Of a stretch of DNA of 64,000 nt, positions 54,123 through 64,000 are shown piece after piece. Position 1 is the stretch's first letter. Each line of letters opens with the position of its first letter. The translations under genes and the position numbers were made by a program. The notes under the pieces were generated by a model, which made no database searches, was not told where the DNA came from, and was given only the letters and a program-made list of their open reading frames with translations. Source of the stretch: Octopus sinensis (Eukaryota); assembly GCF_006345805.1 (NCBI RefSeq), contig NC_043024.1, forward strand, positions 14,136,001 through 14,200,000, read 5' to 3'.

Positions 54123-54226
54123 TTATATATACATACATATATATATATATATATATAGATCCTAACAGAATCACTCCGTTGTATGTGTATACAGACTTAC
54201 ATATTCACACACACACACGCATATAT

Positions 54227-54278
<52 letters not shown>

Positions 54279-55045
54279 TATATATATATAATATATATCG
54301 AAAACACACGCATATACACATTGCGTATGTATGGACGGACATTTGTCTATTAATAAACAAAATCCGACAATTAGTAAGAACTCCAAAGACCAACTTTTTG
54401 CTTTATATTTCGGTTTTTGTTAACGTTTTATATATATTTTCGATGATTCGACGAAAAACGCTGACAATTTATTGTGTATCGGAACAAAAACGACCATAAA
54501 CGGCGACAATGCGCTTTTGTCAACAGAATTACGATACAAGACTTCTGGGAGACGAACACCGCAACGAATCGAATGGCGGAGCGCAACGATTATTAGCTTA
54601 ATGCTTTTCGCTTTCTTTCTCAGTCTAGTGTCATTGATGACGACCAGCAGTAAACGTTTGAAACTATTGAATGAGATAATGAACGGAGAGCAACAGAGAG
54701 GTCCTTCATACACACAGTTTTATTTCGCTTTTATTAGCGAGTTATTTTCTCTGACGTTCTAAACACATTTTTGATGTTTTGTTTTTGAAGTGTAACTTAT
54801 TATTGAAAGGCGGATGGACTTAATAAAGTGTTTGATCAGCTACTGAGAAGATGATTATATAGGAATCTAGCGATTTACCAATCTATCTACCGCTGTACTT
54901 CTCGATATCTACCTGTCTATCTTTTTGCCTAACTACCTCTCTATCCACCTCTCTTCTGTCTCTGTATAAATGCCTCTGTGTGAGTCAGTATGTGTGTGTT
55001 TGTACACATAACTTTATAGATTTATATATATATACATACATAACA

Positions 55046-55089
<44 letters not shown>

Positions 55090-55309
55090 GCATATATATA
55101 TATGTATATGTATATATATTATTATCAAATATTGTATATGTGTATTATGTATATACACAGACATCTGATATATATGTGTGTGTTGTATATGTGTTTGTAT
55201 TTGTGTGTGCGCTTTAGTTTGTGTGTGTAACTAGATACATAGCTATGTATATAAGTATATATTTATACATTTATATTTATATATATGTTTAAGTATTTAT
55301 GTATTTGTG

Positions 55310-55740
55310 TGCGTACATAAATAGACACATAAACATACATACATAAATACATACATACATATATATATATATATACATACATACATACATACATATATAT
55401 ACATACATACATATATACATACATACATAAATACATAAATACATACATACATAAATACATACATACATAAATACATACATACATACATATATATATATAC
55501 ATACATACATATATATATATATACATACATACATACATAAATACATAAATACATACATAATAAATAATACATACATACCATAATACATACACACAAACAT
55601 ACATACATACATACATACATACATAATACATACATACCACACACATACATACATACATACATAATAATACATACATACATACATACACACATACATACAT
55701 ACATAAATACATACATACATACATACATACACACATACAT
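55310..55740. repeat. (TACA)n microsatellite
   Basis: Direct inspection. Confidence 0.95.
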
Positions 55741-56094
55741 CCGCCCATTTTCTACAACTGTCATTTTCCTGGTGGCAAAAAGACAAACTTATGAATTTAA
55801 ATCGTTTGTCCATTTAATACGCGACTAATATGAAATACATTCAATTTAGACACCAATTCTATTTCAAAGAATTAGAAACCAATTTTTTGGTAATTCTCTC
55901 TTCATTTACAGGCAAATAGAATTTACACTAGGTGCTTATTAATTGGTATATTATAGAAAATGTAGAGGGTCTTGTTGAGTGTAAATTGAATAGATGATAT
56001 TTTCAGATTGCTTAACCTTAAATGTGGAATGTGTCGACTTCCTATTCTCTCAATATCCGTAAATAGATTCTATGATATTTACACTTAATTAACG

Positions 56095-56880
56095 CAGCGA
56101 GCTGGTCGAATCGTTAGCACGTTGTGCAAATAGACTTACTGGCATTTCGTCCGTTTTTCTTTTCTGAGTTCAAATTTCGCTGAGGTCAACTTCGCTTTTC
56201 ATCCCCTCGCGGGCTATTAAATAAGTACCTATTTCTTTACTACCCACGAAGGGCTAAACATAGAGATGACAAACAAGGACAGACATAGGTATTAAGTGGA
56301 TTACATTGGCCCCCAGTGCGTAACTGGTACTTAATTTATCGACCTAGAAAGGACGAAAGGCAAAGTCGACCTCGGCGTAATTTGAACTCAGAACGCAACG
56401 GTAGGCGAAATACTGCTAAGCATTTCGCCTTAACGGAATTCGGAATCAGAACGCAGCGATGGGCGGAATACTTCGAAGCATTTCATCTGGTGTCGTTGTA
56501 ATCAACTTGCACGCTCCTCCAAAATTGCTGGTCCTGTGCTTAAAGTATTTAAAATTAATTAAAGCGGCGAGCTAGCAGAATCGTTAACCCACTGTGCAAA
56601 AATGCTTCGTGGCATTTCCTCATTCCTCGTGTTCTGACCTCATAATCCGCCAAGGTCAAATTTGCTTTTCATTCCGTCGGGGGTCAATAACTTAAGTACC
56701 AGTTGAGTACTGGGTTCGATGTAACTGATTAACCACATCCTTGCGAAACTGTTGGCCTTGTCTCAACATTCCAAAAGAAGTAGCAATCAGTACGTTAGCA
56801 CAAACTGGGGTCGAGGTAATCAACCTATATCTTCCTCCAAAATTTCTGGTCTTGTGCCAAAATTTCAAATCAATAATTCG
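56095..56880. mobile_element. Cluster of older family B SINE fragments on both strands
   Basis: gcgagctg..gaatcgtta heads at ~56097 and ~56567; minus-strand copy at 56228-56430. Confidence 0.7.
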
Positions 56881-57049
56881 ATTTAATTGCTTGATTTGTT
56901 CTAAAAAATATTCCTCTTCCGTGTCCTATGTTTTTCTGACTGTGCAGTTGAATTCTTCTGGGTCTGCATAGATTCTCAGGTTTGTTGAACTACCTACCCT
57001 GCTGGTAGTAACACATTCTACATTTGCAGATATGCACAAAGGGGTAGAA

Positions 57050-57260
57050 ATTGCTGTGTATTAAGTAGCTTGCTTACCAACGACATGGTTTTGGGTTCAG
57101 TCCCACTGCGTGGCACCTTGGGCAGGTGTCTTCTTGTGAGTGGATTTGGTAGACGGGAACTGAAAGAAGCCCGTCGTATGCGTGTGTGTGCATGTGTATA
57201 TGTCTGCGTGTCTGTGTTTGTCCCTCCAACATCGCTTGACAACCAACGCTGGTGTGTTTT
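57050..57260 (+). mobile_element. SINE family A, partial
   Basis: Family A homology with an internal deletion. Confidence 0.8.
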
Positions 57261-59399
57261 GCCTAGAAACAGAATTTCGTCAATCAAGACAATTTCTGCC
57301 GCATTTTTGCATTTCCTTATCACTAACCAGTGTGCCTCTAATTCAATTATCAAATTATAAGTTTTAGTGAGTTATTTTCATTCCGTAAAAAGCAAAATAT
57401 CTTGTGAAGGCGCGTGACCTAGCGGCTAGGGTGCCGTGTACCCGATTGCTACATCGCGGGTTCATTTCCGGACCTGGCGACGCATTGAGGTCTTGAGCAA
57501 GTCACTTCATTTCACGCTGCTGCATTCCAATCAGCTGCAAATGTGTAACCCATGTGGCGGATTAACCTTTCGATCTGGGGGAACATTGGCCAACTCACCG
57601 AGCCAACAGAATTGTATCATTCGAAAGCTGAATCGATACAAAGAGCATTGTGAGCAGGGATGTATAACAATATCCGGGGGTCTGTTTAATAAGTGATAAT
57701 ACATCTTCCGCACAAACAGAAGTTAATGAATTTCAGTTCGAGGGTTTCTTTTGTAAAATAGTGTAACCTTTTCAGTCTAAGTAGTTTGAAGAACTAGAAA
57801 GAACAGTCTTACAATTGTCGCAGCTCTTCTAATCACTGTGAAATCATTAGAAAATCTGTTCATATTTTCATTACTTTTCTCTATCTTTTGAGGATCAGAG
57901 ATATTCAGGGAGAAATATATTGGGCGAAATTCCGTCGCTTGCGCTTCTCCTATTGTTCAGAGGTTCGACTTTATCGAACCACTGTGCCACATTGATTCTG
58001 CTCGAGTATTGCGTTAAGGAGACGGGTGTCCTTACAATACTTGTCTACTTATAAGGTAATTCAATGCGTAGATCGAACAATTGGAATACCTATTGTGGAA
58101 GCTGTCCGGGTATTCATGTATTTACATTCTATATCAAATAATAGATAGAAGGTTAAATATACCCATATACATAAACATACATACATACACATATATGTAT
58201 ATGTGTGTATGTTCATTCACTTATAGTACGCTCTGTACTAACTCGAGGGTTTATTGTTAACTATAAGTATGTAGTATTCTAATAAGTGGTTATAAGTATC
58301 ACTATACCGAAGCGAAATCATGATAAACGCGTAGACACACATACGCACATACACACATACTGTCTCTGTGAAATGTCACTGTACTTTCAAGTGCTACAAA
58401 TAATTGTGAAATGCGTAATTGAATAAATAATATTTTATCTCGCCAACACTCTATACATGTGTGTACATAATCGTAACTCGGTTCGTGTAACTGTATTGCA
58501 GGGATGTGAAAAACATCAACACCTTTAATTTAATAACTGAAGTAAAAACCGCCATTATTGCAATATTTTTGTTTTTATTTCTGTATGTGTGTATGTTTGT
58601 GTGAGTGCATGTCTGTGTGTGTGTGTGTGTGGTGTGTGTGTGTATGTACGTGAGTATGATTACGCATGCGTGTTCTGTGCATGTGTATGTGTCTGACTTA
58701 AATATTTTTTCACTGAAATTACTATTTTCCCAGTGACTTTTGCCGAGGCGTTGTGTCCGTTGGTGTTCGAGTTGTAGCCGTTTATCTTTATTATTGTTCA
58801 ATCCATGTCAACTCAAAGGAAGCAGGTCCATAATAAAATGTGATCCTGCTTTGACTAACTTTATTTCATGCACAACAATGTTCAATAAAGTATGTGGCTG
58901 CTCTTTCAAGCAAGCCGCATTTGCCTGCAACCTCCCGCATTGGATTTCCTGTTTCATTGCTTTCGAGGAAATACATAACATTAATAACGTTATTACTGAT
59001 ATAAACTCATTTAATAACAACTGGAATACGCGGTTCTCCGTAAAGCAAGCTCCCAGATGGGAGAATTACTTCCTTTCCTTCTAATAATCATGGAAGCACT
59101 GAATAAGGTCGTGACCGAGGGATGCTGTTCCTTATTTGATTAAGCTATAAAAATATGAAGTTGATATCTGTGTTTAACAAGAGAAGCTTTATAAAAAGAA
59201 ATCGTCATAGAGGAGAGATTCGATTAGGGTCAGCTATCAATATGCATTAAGAAATAAAGAGTGTCTTGTGATCAATCTTTGTAAAGGATCCTTAAATATC
59301 AACAACCGAACATGGGTGGCGCTTCGTTATCAGATCCATAATGTACATAAGGGACACTAAATAACAACAACAGCAACTGTGGTGGTGAGGGAACGACAA

Positions 59400-60770
59400 T
59401 GAGAAGGTGGTGACTGAAGAAGGAGGAGAACACGAAGATGGAGACGAAGAAGAAAGAAAAAGAGGACGGGGGAGGAGGAATTGAAGGGGAAGACGAAAAA
59501 GAAGAAAGAAAAGAAAAAGAAGTTGAAGAAAAAGAAGGAGAAGAAGAAGAAGAAGAAGATGATGAAGAAGTAGAAGAAGAACTAGAAGAAGAAGAAGGGG
59601 ATGAAGAAGGAGAAAGAGAAGGAGAACTAGAAGAAGAAGAAGAAGAAGAAGAAGAAGAAGAAGGAGAAGAAGAAGGAGAAGAAGAAGAAGAAGAAGAAGG
59701 AGAAGTAGAAGAAAGGGATGAAGAAGGAGAAGAAGAAGAAGAAGAAGAAGAAGAAGGAGAAGGAGAAGGAGACGAAGAAGAAGAAGAAGGAGAAGAAGAA
59801 GGAGAAGAAGAAGAAGACGAAGGAGAAGGAGAAGTAGGAGAAAGAAAAAGAAAAAGAAAAAAGAAGAAGATGAAGGAGGAGGTGGCAAAGAAGGAGAAGA
59901 AACAGAAAAAGAAGGAGAAAGAGAAGAAAGAGGAGGGGAGGAGGAGGGGAGGAGGAGGGAAGTAGGAGGGGAAAGAGGAGGGGAAGGAAGGGGGTAAGTA
60001 AGAGGGGAGCTGTAAAAGAAGACAAGCGGTAGATGGAAGTGAAGCAGGAGCAGGGGGAAGGAGGGACGAGGAGAAGGTAGAGAATGGTGAAGAAGAACGA
60101 GGAAGAAGTACAACAACAAAAACAACAGCAACAATAGTAGCAACAACAGTAAGAAGAGACCCAAGAGAAAAACCATAAACGAGAAGAAGAATAATGGCGA
60201 GGAGGATGAGGACGGATTGGTAGGAGAGAATAAGAAAAAAAGAAGATGAAACAAAAGAAGGAGGGAGGAGGAGGAAGGGAAGAGAAAGAGAAAAAAATCA
60301 AGATAATGAAGTTGATGATGATGTTGACGGTTATGATGATGATGATGGTGATGACGATGATGTTGTATATATGGTGACAACCACGAGGAGAAGGAAGTGG
60401 AGGGGTGGAAGAGGAGGTGGTGGTGGTGCAGGCGGATGAGAAGGGGCGGGGTGGAGGAGGTGGGGGAGGACTCAAGGGTGGAGGACGTGGTGGAGGAGGA
60501 GGTGAAGGTGGTGGTGGAGGATAAATGAGGAGGAGAAGGTGGAGGAGAAGGAGAAGGAGAAGGAGATGGAGGAGGAGATGGAACAAGAGGAGGAGATGGA
60601 GGAGGAGTTGGAACAGGAGGAAGTGGCGGTGGAGGATAAATGAGGAGGAGAAGGAGGAGTAGGAGATGAAGGAGGAGATGGAAGAGGAGGAGGATGAACA
60701 ACGAGAAGGGCAGCTGCAACAGCATCGGCAATAATAACATAGAACAATAACAACAACAACAACAACAAGC
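59400..60770. repeat. ~1.4-kb polypurine (GAA/GGA) low-complexity tract
   Basis: Direct inspection; source of the long poly-L/E/S ORFs. Confidence 0.9.
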
Positions 60771-61121
60771 AAATGATCAAAAGTATTATTGCTGATTCAT
60801 AATCAGAGAGACTTGTCTAATGTCTAGAAGTTTGCCTGAAATCACCAAAGTTAATCATAGCAAATCGTTTTGGTTTGATGTAAAATTGTGTTTGAAGCGA
60901 GAGCAGTTACTTCAATCTACTTCCGTTTCCTGTTTCCATTAATTACAATATTAGATGACCGAGATAGCGTCTTAACACATTTTGATACTCCGAACAGATG
61001 ATGGCGACGCACATTATTTGATATCGCAACTAAATATCCCGAACGAAAGCTATTGAAAATAACAATTAACTGGTGTTAATGTCTGTATGGCCAAAAGATA
61101 TTTCATTTTCGTAACATCTTG

Positions 61122-61657
61122 TGTGTTAATATCTTCAGACAGAAATGACTGGAGCATCGTAGAATGCGAGATATGATCTCAGATGGTAAAGCGACAAAAA
61201 CGAAGAACTATTCTTATAATAATTTCACTGGTTCATATTCTGTCTTCATTCTATTTTAGGACAGCGGTTCACTGCACACATTTATATTGATCTCGTACTA
61301 AATAAACGGGAGCATTTTTAGTTCTAGAAATTCATTCCAGGGGCAAAAAAGGGACTTCTACAGCTAAAACCAGTTTGTTTCGTAGACTATGTGTTAATAT
61401 CTTCAGACAGAACTGACTGGAGCATCGTAGAATGCGAGATATGATCTCAGATGGTAAAGCGACAAAAGCGAAGAACTATTCTTATAATAATTTCACTGGT
61501 TCATATTCTGTCTTCACTCTATTTTAGGACAGCGGTTCACTGCACACATTTATATTGATCTCGTACTAAATAAACGGGAACTCTTTTCATTCTAGAAATT
61601 CATTCCAGTGACAAAAAAGGGACTTCTACGGCTAAAACTGGTTTGTTTCGTAGACTA
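61122..61657. repeat. 268-bp tandem duplication (2 copies)
   Basis: 61122-61389 and 61390-61657 are highly similar. Confidence 0.95.
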
Positions 61658-61747
61658 GAATGGTCTTACGAACATCAGTCGAATATCAAACAAGACCAAA
61701 TTGGCTTTAAATAAAAACGTATACATGAAACAAGGTTGTCATCTATC

Positions 61748-62118
61748 CTCTTTTACTTGTTTCCGTCATTTGACTGTGGCCATGCTGGAGCACCGACAAA
61801 AGTCGAGCAAATCGACCAGAGGACTTATTCTTTGTAAGCCTAGTACTTATTCTATCGGTTTCTATTGCCGAACCGCTGTGTCACGGGGACGTAAACACGC
61901 CAGTATCGGTTGTCAAGCGATGTTGGAAGGACAAACAGACACAAACACACATACACACATATACATAAATACGACGGGCTTCTTTCAGTTTCCGTCGACC
62001 AAATCCACTCATAAGGCTTTGGTCGACCCGGGGCTATAGTAGAAGATACTTACCCAAAGTGCCACGCAGTGGGACTGAACCCGGAACCGTGTGGTTGGTA
62101 AGCAAGCAATCTACTACA
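61748..62118 (-). mobile_element. SINE family A
   Basis: Reverse complement of family A. Confidence 0.85.
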
Positions 62119-62171
62119 CATTCGTGTGCGTGTGTGTGTGTGCAGGCGTGTGTATTTATGCATATACACAA

Positions 62172-62204
<33 letters not shown>

Positions 62205-62294
62205 AAACAAAGTAAAATTGGAAGGTACTGCACGAGCGAAAATATATAGGAAAGGGGATTTGAAAATGCAGAAGTCTTTTAATGATGTTTATTG

Positions 62295-62335
62295 ACTTGA
62301 CCGGTTTCACTTTAAAAAAAAAGATTTTCAAAAGT
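62295..62335 (-). ncRNA. Minimal type I hammerhead motif, U3-A8 core
   Basis: Minus strand: ACUU-UUGAAAA-u-CUUU-uuuuuu-AAAG-u-GAAA-CCGG-UC-AAGU. Confidence 0.65.
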
Positions 62336-63604
62336 AAAGTGCAAGGCTTTGGTGGTGTTAAAAATTAGTTAACATAGACGTCTTAGAATACAGTGACAAC
62401 GATAATAAGATGTTAAGAAATAGAATCTTGGACAATGATAAGAAAATGTTAAGAGAGGACTTGCATTTAAACAGTTTACCAAAAAGTCAGTAATATAAGT
62501 TCATAACTGTTAATATGGTCATCAGAAACCATAATTGTTTATAAGCTTATGGACAGAAAGAATTTGTAGACAGCATTTGATAGGAGAAAGCGTGTATTGG
62601 TTTGTCAAAAGTTCATCAGAAAACAATTTTTTATTACACGGTAAAACGCGAGCAAGAAAAATAACAGTTATCTGGAAAAGTACAGAACAAGAAAATTTTC
62701 ACTTAATTTATTGCAGTTTATTTTTGTGTTTTGTTTGCATTTTTCTGTTTGGTGTGTGTGTGTTTCTGTGAGTGTGTCTGGTAATTGTCAGGACTGTGTG
62801 TATAAGTACGTGCGTCTACCTATTTATGTATGTGTCTTTATGTGGGTGAATGTTTGCTGTGATTGCTAAAAATGTATTACATATGTATATGTGTATGTTT
62901 TTTCCTTGGAGTGTGTGTGTGTTTTTGCTCGAGTGTTGCTATATTGCAATTGTGCGTGTGTGTGCGTGGGTGGTTGCATTGTATTTGTGAGTGTGTGTGT
63001 GCGTGTGTATCTGTGTGTATTTGTTGTGGATGTGTGTTCCTGATTCTTACGGGTAGGGCTATTATGCTTATATGTCGGTGGTCCAAGTATATTTTTTGAG
63101 ATACTGGAGTGAGTTGTGGTTTGTATTTTTGAATAAATTTATTTTCCTTCTTTAACCGTGTTTGATCAGTGGTGCTCTCTGGACAAAAGTACGGTGAGAA
63201 AACTTGGAATTCGGGGGACTTATTTTGTGCACAATCTCTCATAGACTATTTCTAGAAATAGCAACCTTCCTTGGAAAACATATATACAAGACTGGGGACG
63301 AGGAAAAAGGTTGGTAATTTCCCTAAAATCCTTAAAAACAATCATGATTTCTGATGAACTTTTGACAAACCAATATACACTTTTTCCCATCAAATACTGT
63401 CTACAATTTTTTTCTGTATATATGCTTATGAATAATTATGATTTCTCCTGAACTTATAAACTATTTTGGACTTATTTTATGTAAACACAAGATCCGCACG
63501 AGGCACCTCATTCAGTATTATTATCAATCCAAGAGTCTAACTGTGTCTATCCGTAGCACTTACATAGCCTTACCTGCCATTTTGGGTCTTCTGGATACCA
63601 GAAC

Positions 63605-63666
<62 letters not shown>

Positions 63667-64000
63667 CAATTAAGGACTGAACACGAAAAGTGAACAGTCA
63701 ACATGCTAGATATAGACCTCAAATCGCCATTCTCCACAAAGATTATGTTCTCAAATAAAACTCAGCATATAAATAAGTAAATATACTTATACATGCACGT
63801 GCATATTCGCACATATGTATACCATTGTGGGTGAGTGTGTTCTCGTTTTGTGGCCAAGTAACGAGAGTCACCGGCTCTCATTCAAGTGATTCAAGGTGCC
63901 GCACCTGAGTCGTGGGAAGTGATTTGTTCTTGAGAAATTCAATTCATTTCACTATTGTGCATTCACCTAATTTACAGAAAATTAGAACCAACCACGAGGT

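Noticed and set aside
59292-60772. 482-aa, 381-aa and 175-aa ORFs
   Set aside because: Stop-free only because of the polypurine low-complexity tract
1-64000. Hundreds of 60-480 aa ORFs rich in YI, CV, HT, L, E or S
   Set aside because: Translations of (TA)n, (TG)n, (CA)n, (TAGA)n and (GAA)n repeats; no domain signal

Overview
AT-rich, microsatellite-saturated eukaryotic DNA. The SINE families and the (TA)n/(CA)n/(TAGA)n density suggest an octopus/coleoid cephalopod intron or intergenic region; this is inference, not a database result. I cannot confirm any host protein-coding gene, and almost all listed ORFs are microsatellite translations. Recognisable content: a 5'-truncated Penelope-like element (PLE; RT plus GIY-YIG, 21998-23281, minus strand), fragments of R4/Dong and RTE LINEs, a DD37D Tc1/mariner relic, Helitron, mariner and hAT MITE pieces, about 30 tRNA-headed SINE copies from 4-5 modular families, and a 5S rRNA pseudogene. 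The main hidden signal is about 15 type-I hammerhead ribozyme (HHR) motifs, roughly one per 4 kb, in short elements mostly embedded in (TA)n. Their cores covary at the 3-8 pair (C3-G8, U3-A8, G3-C8), and most have minimal palindromic helix III. One U3-A8 motif lies in the 3' end of the coding PLE. Two near-canonical HHRs 507 nt apart flank a highly structured non-coding spacer, giving a retrozyme/circRNA-like unit at 48051-48876. All folds were parsed by eye and no activity is demonstrated.
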